A DNA stretch of 64,000 nt, taken from positions 13,594,164-13,658,163 of the forward strand of contig NC_068996.1 in assembly GCF_001194135.2 (NCBI RefSeq), written 5' to 3'. Of the stretch, positions 39,452-51,519 are shown one piece after another; positions within the stretch are counted from its first letter, which is position 1; every line of letters begins with the position of its first letter. Below the pieces are notes generated by a model that worked only from the letters and a program-made list of their open reading frames with translations, did not search any database and was not told where the DNA came from. Origin of the DNA: Octopus bimaculoides (Eukaryota). A program made the translations under genes and the position numbers.

Positions 39452-41710
39452 CACAAAACAGATGATGGAACTGTTGGAAAAGAAAAATTCCTAGCATCGG
39501 ACTACAACAAGTAACCTTAGATGCCAAGAACCCTCTTAAGTATACTAGCTGTCCCTTATAACACTGGTTTCTGGAGCTGTATTACACAAGGTTTTATGCC
39601 AATTCTCTCTATCCATCTGTTCAGATCTTTAGAGATAGTTTCCAATGCACCAATAACTACTGGGATACATTTTATCCCAGTTTCTGTAATTCATTGGCTA
39701 GATCCTGGTACTTTGCTATTTTTTCTTTACTTCTCATATTGATTTTTTTTCATCATTTGGAACTGGAAAGTCAATTATCTGGCACTTTCTTTTCTCTTTA
39801 TCCACGACTACTTTTATTACTCTGTCAGTCGGAATGTTAAAGTCCCACAACATCTTGTACTTCTTACTTTCTAGTACTTTACTAGGCTCATGTTCGTACC
39901 ATTTATCAGTATGTTCAAATCCTAGCTTCCTACAAAGCTCCCAGTGGGTTGCTCTCACTAGTTTGCCATGTCTTTTCTTGTATTCTTTCTGTGCCAGCAT
40001 GCTACGTTCACTGACTTTGTGACTAACGCTTTTCTCTTTTGATTTGCATAGTCTATTTTTTACTTTTATCTAATTAATCCTTAAAGCTTGATCTTGTGCA
40101 GCAACCAACAAACTTTCTGTGTCCTGCAGATTTCCCTTCTGCAGCCATAACTATGTCTCATTAATACTATTTGCTGAAACTATCTTTGGGAATCTACCAT
40201 GCAGCGCTTTCTCCTACCAGTTAGATAATTTCAGTTCTCTTTTTATCTTGTTTTTAAGTTCATTTGGTGTTTTGGTCTCCATCTGTCTTGCTGTGACTCT
40301 AGCAGTGTTAATAATCTTTCTTCACTATTACCTACATAGGAGTCTATATCTACCCTAGCAAACTCCACGCAATCTTCCACAGATATTAACCCTCTTGCAC
40401 CTTCCTTTCTAGGTAGGCATGATCTTGTTACTCCTGCCCTTAGGTGGAGTCTTCCATTCATATTGAATTCTTTCCTAGTTCTTCTGTCTAGTTTTGCTAA
40501 TTCAAGTTTTTGTCCAATTAACAAAGCTGCTGAGTATCTAAGTAATGATACTACCCAAGTATTTACAGCCTTCACTAGATTCGAATCATTTAGCTTTGAT
40601 TTCATTAGCTTCCTCAGCTTTATGATGTACTCCTTCTCAATTTTCGTTTTCATTTCTATAGTTGGTACTCTGTCAGATTCTAATACTCCTAGATACTTAT
40701 AACTCTCTCCTCCTTTCAATGATTTTAATATCTAGCCATCTGGTTATTGGATGCCTTCGCTCTTGTCTACCCGTGCCCTTCTCATGACAAATATTGCACA
40801 TTTATCTATGCCAAATTCCATGCCCATATCTTTGCTGAAGAGTCTTACAGTCTGTATTAAAGAACAAATCTCTTTTTCATTCTTACTAAAAAGCTTCACA
40901 TCATTCATGTAGAGCAAATGGTTATTTTTTCCATTTCTGAACTGATACCCTGCCTTTGCCTTCCTTATTACTAAACTGACAGGGGAACAAATATAAGACA
41001 AATATAAAAGGGGACAACGTGTCCCCCTGGAAAATTCCTCTTTTGATATTAACTTGATGTCACCTGAGTATAGATCTACTTTCCATTTCTTCATGCTAAA
41101 GCTAATTAATTCTCTTATGTTGTCTGCTATAGTGAATATACTCAGACATTCACTTATCCATGGGCGTGGGATCATGTCATAGGATTTCATATAACCTATC
41201 CATGCTATCGTTAGATGTTTCTTTCTAACTGTTACTTCATTTAGAACTGCTTTGCCTATATAAATTAGATCATGCGTTCCACTAGCGATCTTTCTGTAAC
41301 ATTTCTGTTCTTCTGGCAGTAAATTCTGGTTAACAAGGTGCTCGTAAATACTGTCTGAAAGCATTCCTGTTCACAGCTTCCACACTAATGATAAGCAAGT
41401 GATTGGTCTATAGTTGCTAGCTGTATTGCTCTTGCTCTTATCCTTCATAATGATTATTGTCCTCCCTCTAGTCATCCAATCTGGTATTATTCCTCAATTA
41501 AGGCAATCATGAAGTTGTTTGCTCAGACTCCCATGTAAACTACTGAATTTCTTTAGCCAGTATCCTTGAACTAAATCTGGTTCTGGGCCCTTTCAATTCG
41601 GTATTTTTCCTAAAACCTTACACATTAATGCTTTAGTTAATCTTAGATCTGGCTGCTTCTCACTAACTCCTTCTTCCCTAACTTTCTTTAACCATACTGC
41701 ATCTCCCCTA
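39452..41710 (-). mobile_element. 5'-truncated R4/Dong-clade element (RT, CCHC, REL nuclease, 3' UTR)
   Basis: Reads NYRPITCLSLVWKL, LLPEEQK, GIFQGDTLSP, NHLLYMNDVKLF, MEFGIDKC, LPRKEGARGL, HWELCRKLGF, LWDFNI. Its 3' end abuts (TAA)n on its own strand. Confidence 0.92.
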
Positions 41711-42673
41711 TGACTCAGAAAGACCAAAGAGATCCAAATAGTGACAAACCTATCATTGATGCAAAAATCATCAAACAAAAAGCAAAGAAAGTTTGCATGA
41801 ATAATATCGAAGACAACTGGAAAGGTATACCCCTGCATGGAAAATACCTTAATCCCCTTTCAAAGCCAGATATTGATCAAAATCTAACACACCAATGGCT
41901 ACAAAGGACAAGTCTGAAAGGGGAAACAGAAGGTTTTGTTATTGCAGTGCAACATTCAGAGCTTACCTACCAAAAACAACCACGTCCTTAAAGATGGATC
42001 TGATTCCCACGTGCAGAATTTGCAGAAAATTCACAGAGACAATTGATCATGTTGTTTCTGGCTGCCCAGTACTTAATAAAAAGGAGTACCTCATAAGACA
42101 TGAAAGACTATGGCAGTACATCTACTGGAATACTTATAAATATTACAAAATTTAATCCCACGATAAGTGGTACAGGCACCATCCAGAGGATGTAGTAAAT
42201 GGCGAGGGCGTCACCATCTTTTGGACCTTCCCAATACAAACAGACAGAAAAATTGTCTCCAATCAACCAGACAATGTAGTCAAGAACTACAACAGAGGAA
42301 CGTGTCTATAAATAGATATGTATGTCCCACAAGACCAAAATGTCTGAAGAAATACGAAAAGCTTTCTCGCTATAAAGATCTGCAAATTGAAATCACATAA
42401 ATGTGGATAATTAGTACTGTGCGTTGGAAATGATAAAGAAGGGAGCTGAGAAGTATATTAAGCAAGTCCCTGGTAACTCCAATCTCTGTGAACTACAAAA
42501 GATAATCTTGGTGGGTACAGCCCATACACTACGGAAAGCACTCCATCTAAAATGGAATAAATGTGATGATAATTTTAGCATGCATAGCAAAACAAAAGTG
42601 CCATTACTACTCTTGGCCTCCGGAGGATACCCGGTACTAAGGCAGCTGAAATAAAGTTATAATGAGAAGAAAC

Positions 42674-42677
<4 letters not shown>
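41711..42677 (+). mobile_element. 5'-truncated R4/Dong-clade element of a different subfamily
   Basis: Reads LHGKY, QWLQRTSLKGETEGFVIAVQ, CRICRKFTETIDHVVSGCPVL, LSRYKDLQIEI, QKIILVGTAHTLRKAL. It is followed by (AAT)n. Confidence 0.92.
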
Positions 42678-42720
<43 letters not shown>

Positions 42721-43653
42721 NNNNNNNNNNNNNNNNNNNNNNNNNNNNNNNNNNNNNNNNNNNNNNNNNNNNNNNNNNNNNNNNNNNNNNNNNNNNNNNN
42801 NNNNNNNNNNNNNNNNNNNNNNNNNNNNNNNNNNNNNNNNNNNNNNNNNNNNNNNNNNNNNNNNNNNNNNNNNNNNNNNNNNNNNNNNNNNNNNNNNNNN
42901 NNNNNNNNNNNNNNNNNNNNNNNNNNNNNNNNNNNNNNNNNNNNNNNNNNNNNNNNNNNNNNNNNNNNNNNNNNNNNNNNNNNNNNNNNNNNNNNNNNNN
43001 NNNNNNNNNNNNNNNNNNNNNNNNNNNNNNNNNNNNNNNNNNNNNNNNNNNNNNNNNNNNNNNNNNNNNNNNNNNNNNNNNNNNNNNNNNNNNNNNNNNN
43101 NNNNNNNNNNNNNNNNNNNNNNNNNNNNNNNNNNNNNNNNNNNNNNNNNNNNNNNNNNNNNNNNNNNNNNNNNNNNNNNNNNNNNNNNNNNNNNNNNNNN
43201 NNNNNNNNNNNNNNNNNNNNNNNNNNNNNNNNNNNNNNNNNNNNNNNNNNNNNNNNNNNNNNNNNNNNNNNNNNNNNNNNNNNNNNNNNNNNNNNNNNNN
43301 NNNNNNNNNNNNNNNNNNNNNNNNNNNNNNNNNNNNNNNNNNNNNNNNNNNNNNNNNNNNNNNNNNNNNNNNNNNNNNNNNNNNNNNNNNNNNNNNNNNN
43401 NNNNNNNNNNNNNNNNNNNNNNNNNNNNNNNNNNNNNNNNNNNNNNNNNNNNNNNNNNNNNNNNNNNNNNNNNNNNNNNNNNNNNNNNNNNNNNNNNNNN
43501 NNNNNNNNNNNNNNNNNNNNNNNNNNNNNNNNNNNNNNNNNNNNNNNNNNNNNNNNNNNNNNNNNNNNNNNNNNNNNNNNNNNNNNNNNNNNNNNNNNNN
43601 NNNNNNNNNNNNNNNNNNNNNNNNNNNNNNNNNNNNNNNNNNNNNNNNNNNNN

Positions 43654-43980
43654 AGAAATGGAAAAACTTTCAAAATACAAAGACCTGGAAATAGAGATAA
43701 CTCGAATGTGGAATCTAAAAACAGAAACAATTCCTATCATAGTAGGTGCCTTAGGTATAATAAAAAAATATTCAGACAAATACATAACAAAAACACCAGG
43801 TCTTACAAATATATATAACATACAGAAAATTGCACTACTGGGTACTGCACACATTCTACGCAAAACACTTTCAATACAGTAAACATAAGAGCACCACAGC
43901 AAACCACAGCACATACCCAAGGCGCACAGAGCTGCGCTCGGTAGTGAAGTGAAAGCATGTTATAAAAATAAAACTACTGA
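43654..43980 (+). mobile_element. 3' end of a young R4/Dong-clade element (5' part hidden in gap 42721-43653)
   Basis: Uninterrupted MEKLSKYKDLEIEITRMWNLKTETIPIIVGALG..LLGTAHILRKTLSIQ*, then a 3' UTR and (AAT)n. Confidence 0.93.
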
Positions 43981-44002
43981 ATAATAATAATAATAATAAT
44001 AA

Positions 44003-44357
44003 TTTGTACCAATCTTTTTCAGCCATGTTGATCGTTGAGTGCTGATACTTCCAAGTGCACCAATTACTATTGGTATCATGGCTACTCTCTTCATCGACCA
44101 CAACCTTCGTATTTCCCACTTCAAATCGTCATAGTTGTTCCTTTTTGCACATTGATCCTTCTATCACAATGATCCTATTATCACAGGGGTATGCTATATC
44201 GATTATCATACATGTTCATTCATTTTTATTCACCACAACAATGTCTGGTTTCTGATGTCTGATCGGGTGATCACACTGGATCATTACACCCTTCAGGATT
44301 TTGTAATTCGGGGACTCCTTTTGGAGTTTGCTCATACTAACTTTCACATTTTTGGTG
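44003..44357 (-). mobile_element. Internal REL-domain fragment of another R4/Dong subfamily
   Basis: Reads QKPDIVVVNK..MIIDIAYPCD..DLKWEIRRLWSMKRVAMIPIVIGALG. Confidence 0.8.
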
Positions 44358-44407
44358 ACTATTATTATTATTATTATTATTATCATTATTATTATTATTA
44401 TTATTAT

Positions 44408-45428
44408 TCCGTAGTCTTATTTTTATCACGTGCTTTCACAGCTCTACAGAGCGCAGCTCTACCGAGAGCAGCTCTGCCGAGCGCAGCTCTGCCGAGCGCA
44501 GCTTCACCGAGCGCAGCTCAGTGTGCACTGGGTAATGCTGTGGTTTGTTACGATGTTCTTATGGTTACTGTATTGAAAGTGTTTTACGTATGATGTGTGC
44601 GGTGCCTAATAGTCCTATTTTCTATAGGCGCAAGAGTGGCTGTGTAGTAAGTAGCTTGCTTATCAACCATATGGTTTCGGGTTGAGTCCCACTGCGTGGC
44701 ACCTTGAACAAGTGTCTTCTACTATAGCCGCGGGCCGACCAAATCCTTGTGAGTGGATTTGGTAGACGGAAACTGAAAGAAGCCCATCGTATATATGTAT
44801 ATATATATATACATANNNNNNNNNNNNNNNNNNNNNNNNNNNNNNNNNNNNNNNNNNNNNNNNNNNNNNNNNNNNNNNNNNNNNNNNNNNNNNNNNNNNN
44901 NNNNNNNNNNNNNNNNNNNNNNNNNNNNNNNNNNNNNNNNNNNNNNNNNNNNNNNNNNNNNNNNNNNNNNNNNNNNNNNNNNNNNNNNNNNNNNNNNNNN
45001 NNNNNNNNNNNNNNNNNNNNNNNNNNNNAAAAGAGACCGATAGAATAAGTACTCGGCTTACAAAGAATAAGTCCTGGGATCGATTTCCTCGGCTAAAGGC
45101 GGTGTTCCAGCATGGCCACTGTTAAATGTCTGAAACAAATAAAAGAATAAAATAGTAAAAGAGTATAGCTAATGCGCCTATTATGATAGGAATTGTTTCT
45201 GTTTTTAGACGCCACATTCGAGTTAGTTCTATTTCCAGGTCTTTGTATTTTGAAAGTTTCTCCATTTCTTTGAGAGAAACGTTGTCATCTGTTGGTATGG
45301 ATACATCGATTAGAAAGCATTTATTTTCTTGAGTTCTCTGACAACTATATCCGGCCTATTGGCCTTAATTTCTCCATCTGTGTATTGGCATATCCCATAG
45401 TATGTTTGCTTTCTCATATTCTGTGACC
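44408..45428 (-). mobile_element. R4/Dong 3' fragment interrupted by a SINE (LINE parts 44408-44626 and 45164-45428)
   Basis: Both parts align collinearly with the young copy at 62207-62828. Confidence 0.85.
44627..45163 (+). mobile_element. tRNA-derived SINE, family A (gap inside its internal microsatellite)
   Basis: GGCGCAAGAGTGGCTGTGTAGTAAG..GGGTTGAGTCCC head; body and tail as at 51304. Confidence 0.9.
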
Positions 45429-45448
45429 TTTTCTTGCATGTCTATATG

Positions 45449-45515
<67 letters not shown>

Positions 45516-45516
<1 letters not shown>

Positions 45517-45569
45517 GTGCTGTGGTTTGCTGTGATGCGCTTATGGTTACTTTATTGAAAGTGTTTTGC

Positions 45570-45575
<6 letters not shown>
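45516..45575 (-). mobile_element. Short R4/Dong stop-codon/3' UTR fragment between (CTAT)n and (TTA)n
   Basis: GTGCTGTGGTTTGCTGTG..TATTGAAAGTGTTTTGCGTA matches 62275-62330. Confidence 0.75.
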
Positions 45576-45633
<58 letters not shown>

Positions 45634-46110
45634 CATCATTATTTTATTTTTAATCTGCATGTTGTTACAACCACTAGCCGACTTACACCTAGCCTCCTAA
45701 GGCAAGTGAAGGATAGTAGATGTAACAGTATGACAGAAAACTTGTGATGGGGCAAGTCGCAGGGGCAGTAACGAAATGTCTTCATGTAATACAACACATA
45801 CATTTAAATGGATAGAATTTTTCTAAGGATGTGGGCAATACCTGTCAGCATAATCTTTTGTGTGCGTGTGAGTGTGGGTGTTTATGCGCGTATATATATA
45901 TATATATGCATATGTACATATATGTGGTTTAGTATATAAATATAGGCGAGTCTACGGATTGGTGCGCTTACGCGAACCTATAGACTTCTCTACTCCCTTA
46001 TTTTTACCCCTTCCCCTTACTTAACGGTCTATTAGTTCTTTTATCTTAATGACGGTCAACCACACAGTAATTTCCCTTTGTTAAACGGTCATTTTCATAG
46101 CAATTTTTAA

Positions 46111-46184
46111 TGGCCGGATAACTGAAGAGATGGTGGTGTGGGTTTCCGCCCCGGCATCCGAAACTCAGAGTTTTATCATGGCTA
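46111..46184 (+). ncRNA. Minimal type I hammerhead ribozyme motif (one extra C after stem II), probably in a Penelope-like terminal repeat
   Basis: GATAA-CTGAAGA-GATG..CATC-C-GAAA-CTCAGAG-TT-TTATC. Stem I is GATAA/TTATC, extendable by TGGCC/GGCTA. Stem III is palindromic and the triplet is GUU. Confidence 0.62.
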
Positions 46185-46195
46185 CCGAATAAGTG

Positions 46196-46266
<71 letters not shown>

Positions 46267-46285
46267 TATATATATATATATATAT

Positions 46286-46560
46286 GAGGCGCATAGCCTA
46301 ATGGGTGTTGCAGTCATCATTGCGAGATCATGGTTTCAGTTACTAAACCTGCGATGTGTTCTTCAGCAAAACACTTCATCTCATATTGCTTTGCGATCAC
46401 TTCGACACCTGATGCTTGGTACACCGTGCGCATGTTCAGGTACGGTCCATCTGATGGAGAGAGTGAACAAATGTACAGCACGTACATTTGTTCAATATAA
46501 GCATGTTATTTGTGAAGTACGTTCAGCAAAAGTTGAACACTTATACTTCTTCTCCGACAG
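46286..46560 (+). mobile_element. Decayed tRNA-derived SINE
   Basis: GAGGCGCATAGCCTAATGG head and a TGTTCTTCAGCAAAACACTT box like family C; strongly diverged. Confidence 0.5.
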
Positions 46561-46575
46561 TAGAGTCCATCCTTA

Positions 46576-46657
<82 letters not shown>

Positions 46658-47022
46658 GTTGTTGTTTTTTTTTCTTCTTTCTTCAAATTGTCTTCCATTT
46701 CTCGCCAGGTGTTTTCCGTACACTTAGGGCAGAGAAACATGTTGTATGCATTCCCAGTTTACACACGCAAATTCACAGGTAAAACATGTATTTAAGAAAA
46801 AAAAATAAAGAAAAATATAATGAATGGTTGTTGTTTTCACAGCGATAATGCTCTTCTCAGTACATGAGTCGTTCCAGTTAACACGATGTTTTGCACTTCC
46901 TGTAGGGATGGTAAGCCTGGTATCATTTTCAAATAGGTTTCAGTACCTTCTTTTTATCATTCCTAGAGATCCTACAATCACTGGTATGGTAGTCGCCTTG
47001 AGGTGCCACATTTTTTCAATTT
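46658..47022 (-). mobile_element. Short 5'-truncated R4/Dong insertion with (TAA)n on both sides
   Basis: Reads IEIEKMWHLKATTIPVIVGSLG..VLTGTTHVLRRALSL* plus a 3' UTR. (ATT)n lies at 46577-46655 and 47022-47127. Confidence 0.88.
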
Positions 47023-47044
47023 CTATTATTATTATTATTATTAC

Positions 47045-47124
<80 letters not shown>

Positions 47125-48599
47125 GTTATAATCTCACTTAAAGCAACTGAAGAACATGCAAAACATTTCAGCAGATCACACATATTATCAGAAGACAACC
47201 ATATTTTTCCATCCAAAATCGTAGAATTAGAAACCAAATATTGATTTAAGCTGATTTAAGTGCATTTATAATTGTGTTTGCGAATTTTCGAGACACGTGA
47301 CGTAGCAGAATGGCAGAGTGCCGGACAAAGTACTTGAATGTATATATATAGTGAAGTGTATAGTCTGTTTATGTTCTGTGTTCTTGTCAATTCGCCAAGA
47401 ACACAAGATAGCGCGATGTTGTTTTGCCAGGAGATTTACCTTACCCCTACTCTACACCTGTTGATAGTCCAGCTTATTCTTTTTGTGCAAGGACATTACA
47501 AAAAATATATACACATATATAAACGTATATATATNNNNNNNNNNNNNNNNNNNNNNNNNNNNNNNNNNNNNNNNNNNNNNNNNNNNNNNNNNNNNNNNNN
47601 NNNNNNNNNNNNNNNNNNNNNNNNNNNNNNNNNNNNNNNNNNNNNNNNNNNNNNNNNNNNNNNNNNNNNNNNNNNNNNNNNNNNNNNNNNNNNNGTGTAT
47701 GCACTTTAGTCCTGCTCTCCCTCTCTCTCAATGTATATATATATATATAAACATATATATATATATATATTATTTTAATGTTGAAAGGAAAAGATAAGAA
47801 GACGTCGAAGTTTGCGAGAGTTATTTGACTGGGCAGAAAAGGAGAGAAATTAATTCTGAAATAGGAGAAAAGAGGGAAAATAATATACACTCTTTGAATA
47901 AGGAATGTTAGTTTGTAGCGAAGAAGGGAGACATGACGTTTCAGGCAGAACCTCGGAGCAAACCGTTTGCCGACGAAGAACATTATTTGTTACCAGCTTC
48001 ATTCCACCGATATTCTTTTGGGACATTTTTGTCAGGTTTGGAATGAAGTCATATTGCTAGAAAACAAATGTAAATTATATTTCTAGGCCATGATGAGAGA
48101 TAAATTCGGAATATCTCTTAAAGAAAGCAAGACTTGTGATGTTGGGTTTTAGTTTCATGAACTTTGAAAACACCTTGAAATTTTCTGAGCATCCTGCTAT
48201 CTGCTTTAACGGGAGAAAATATACTCTTGGTGCTTAAAATCAAGAGGTTATGTATGCAACCACTCCGTATGCAACAACTGATATAATACTTCTCTCCTCA
48301 CCGCACCTTCTGTTACGGTCATAAAATATTCTGCTAATCCTGTTTCAAACAACCGATACTGACAACACTACCAACAAAATCTATATATGTTTGATCAACC
48401 TGCAAGATATAATAGCTTAATATTTCTCAAATCATACTACTGTCTTTCAAATGCATTAGATAATGTAATTCTAGAAACTTAAAAAGAAGAAAGAAACATA
48501 ACCGTCATTTGCAAGCGAGTATGGGCTACTATTTGTTGCTAATTGATTGAAATGACTAAGTAGTCACTGGCCAACAGATGCACGTACAGACTATCTACC

Positions 48600-48775
48600 C
48601 TCGACCCAGCAAAATATACATGAGGGCATGAGAGCTGCACTAGAGTTCGCAGCACGTGAACTGCTGTTCCCTTCAGTTCAGTTGTGTCAACACTGATAAC
48701 AGAAAAAAGAATGCTTTTTTCAAAGGTACACTGCGCTATCAGGTCAAGAATTGAACCCATGACCTAATAATCGTC
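48600..48775 (-). mobile_element. Decayed tRNA-derived SINE fragment
   Basis: Reverse B-box-like GAATTGAACCCATGACC and a family-C-like CTTTTTTCAAAGGTACAC box. Confidence 0.4.
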
Positions 48776-48849
48776 AGTATATTACTAATAATAGGATAGG
48801 ATGGTTTTAAATGGAAAGTATTTTATTATGAGTTTGCTACTTGATCATG

Positions 48850-49380
48850 GTTGACTTGGAGCTGTCTCCTGAGTTCGGATTGTACTGTGTAAAGGTGGTC
48901 TTAGGATGGAGCTTTTATGATAGGGATTTGATGATAATGATATGTTATCAGTTCGACTGAGCTTCATACAACTATAACTTGAATCTAGCTCTTCTCTTGA
49001 CTTCCCATTGGGGTAATAGTTGCCCGTCTTCAGGTTTAGGGTACGCCCAAGAAGTCGATATTTGTGAAAGAGATAGTGACCATTTTGGATACACCGAGTT
49101 CTTCGAAGATTTTTATCAGATCCATCCAAAACTTGTTCATAGCGTATGGTTTGAGATTACCAGGATTTCGTCGCAATAGAAGTCCGAGCTGAGGGATTTG
49201 TGAGCTTTCTTAGGGTGTGTAGTATATATAACCCAATGAGGTCACCCATCTCGTAGCTCCTTATAGATACGTCAAACGGTGGGTCACCTAGTTCACCCCG
49301 TAGGAATCATTGTGAACCGTGGTGGAATATCTAGCATGCTTGATGATTCCAATATTGAAGTCACTGATATTAGTGAATTG
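48850..49380 (-). mobile_element. Penelope-like element RT remnant
   Basis: Reads PFDVSIRSYEMGDLIGLYILHTL..LGL(fs)YCDE..DLIKIFEELG..IDFLG(fs)TLNLKTGNYYP, matching the PLE FDVTMGS..GLYRDDGL..DFLDVTLNL pattern. Confidence 0.75.
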
Positions 49381-50167
49381 CTTTCCCAAATAAAAAAAAC
49401 CTTCAGGAGGAGGAATTACGATAGTGAAGTGTAAATATCCACGATAACGAACAGAGCAAATCTGCGGACTGCTTTATTTTCGATGCCGTGGAACCGGTCG
49501 ATTACTGCGAATCAATTTCATAACCATTCTAATATCTGCCTATTTCTCTCTTTTCAGGGCGAATCATATGATCTTCAATAATTAGTAGAGTGCTCAGTAC
49601 TTTCGTTTTAGCGTTTATGTTGAGGTGTTTGTCTTTTTCTATGTTTTAGCGATTCTATTTGTATGATGTCTTGTGTGCACGGAGGTGATTGCCATATATG
49701 CTATTTATTTTGTCTGCAAGAATGTTTACATTCGATGATTGCTTCATTTTTGCCATATTATATCTATATAGTCAAAGAAAGGGTTAGAATTAGGCCAAAA
49801 CCTTACCTTCTTTTCCATGTTCATAATGCATCTTCAAAACTCTCCAGGTCCTTTACCTGGGGCAGCACAGGATTTTAGACCGAACTTGTCTGCAAGTATG
49901 CTGGTAGACGGATTCTCAAAAAAGAAGGCTTTGTAGGGTATAAGCTTAAAGACACTTTCCTTTTTTCAACAAGGCACGTTAAATAGAGTTTCCTACGTGA
50001 TAATTGGATATTTTTCAAAGAGTACAGCAGCGGCTTTGGCTCTATTATAAACTATTTAGCCATCATTTGCGGATGGAGCTCAGCAGAGTCTGGAGTAGGA
50101 ATAAGAGTGAATGTTCAAACTGAGGAATGTACCATTCAGTATATTTAGTAAGAGTTACGTGTATAAC

Positions 50168-50453
50168 TTAATAACAGTCCGACTCAACTTACAATTTCGT
50201 AGGCTTGTAGAACAAACTTAGCTCATCAGAGCAACTTAGCTCATCAGGCAATGGAGATCGAATAACAGGATGAAACAAAATTCAAGATATGTTTTAGATG
50301 CTTGATTATTTATCTCAGGTCACGTAGTGTTATTGAGAAGTCTAACACTTAGTAGCCATATTGAACAACACCGAATCCTGTTATCCGTCTCCAAACGCCT
50401 GATTTGTTCTGCGAAACTTTAAGCTGCATTGAGTTGAGTCAAACTATTATTAA
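50168..50453. repeat. Imperfect inverted repeat (arms 50168-50271 and 50373-50453)
   Basis: Shared blocks TTAATAAYAGTYYGACTCAACT, GAACAAA, TCAGGC, TGGAGA and ATAACAGGAT. The left arm has a 15-bp tandem duplication AACTTAGCTCATCAG. Confidence 0.7.
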
Positions 50454-50511
50454 ATAGCGTCGGTAAACCCTACCACATTTGCCCATTAACTCGTACACAC
50501 ATACACATATG

Positions 50512-50579
<68 letters not shown>

Positions 50580-51303
50580 AAAATATTCCATACAATTTAC
50601 TTCTACCAAATTCCCTCACGAAATATTGGTCAGTCTGGACTACAAACATATATGGGTAAGCATGCGTATGTGCGTGGGTTCACACGCACAGAAACTCACA
50701 TACACAAACTCTCTTTTTCTCACACACACACGTACGCACACACGTGCATATACACATACATAAGCTTAATTTTTTTAGAGGGGAAAAAAAAAAGCTTATG
50801 AGTAATATTTTTTCAAGCAAAAATAAATAAGTAAATTATAATTCAAGTCAATATATATATTTTTCACATATATCTAATTATCTACATCTACAGACAGTCA
50901 GTTTTGCCATATCAAATCTCGTCAGCGGAAAGTATTTGATGCATAACTCTATTATATTCAAGCGGTTCATGACAGAAGAAATTAAAATGGTGTCTCTTTT
51001 CATTACGATTGTATTGTGTCGTCCTTACAAATAATAAATAAAAAAATAAATTGAAAAATGGAATAAAATGATTAAGTTAAAATGTTTAGCTTAAAATGAA
51101 AATAGGAATAAAGTAAGAAGCGTGTATGAGGAAACATTGGGCACATTACCATTCCAGTCTATTTCTTTACCTGGTTTTAACCACCCAAACAATTTTGTGT
51201 ATGTAAACATGAAACGCAAACTAAATGACACGTTGTCTCTACATTCGTCTCACGATAATGACCTTCGGTTTAAATGTATTGCAATAACTTCATGCATATA
51301 GTT

Positions 51304-51488
51304 GGCGCAGGAGTGGTTGGGTGGTAAGTAGCTTGCTTACCAACCATATGGTTCCGGGTTCAGTCCCACTGCGTGGCACCTTGGGCAAGTGTCTTCTACT
51401 ATAGCCTCGGGTCGACCAAAGCATTGTAAGTGGATTTCGTAGACGGAAACTGAAAGAAGCCCGTCATATATATGAATATACATATATA

Positions 51489-51519
<31 letters not shown>

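Noticed and set aside
47925-47965. Minus-strand AGG..CCT-GAAAC-GTCAT-GTC, the 3' half of a hammerhead
   Set aside because: There is no CUGANGA upstream and no stem I partner.
49795-49900. Minus-strand ATG AAC ATG GAA AAG AAG|gtaagg as a first coding exon
   Set aside because: No phase-compatible downstream exon could be supported, and the surrounding sequence looks like decayed retroelement DNA next to a PLE remnant.
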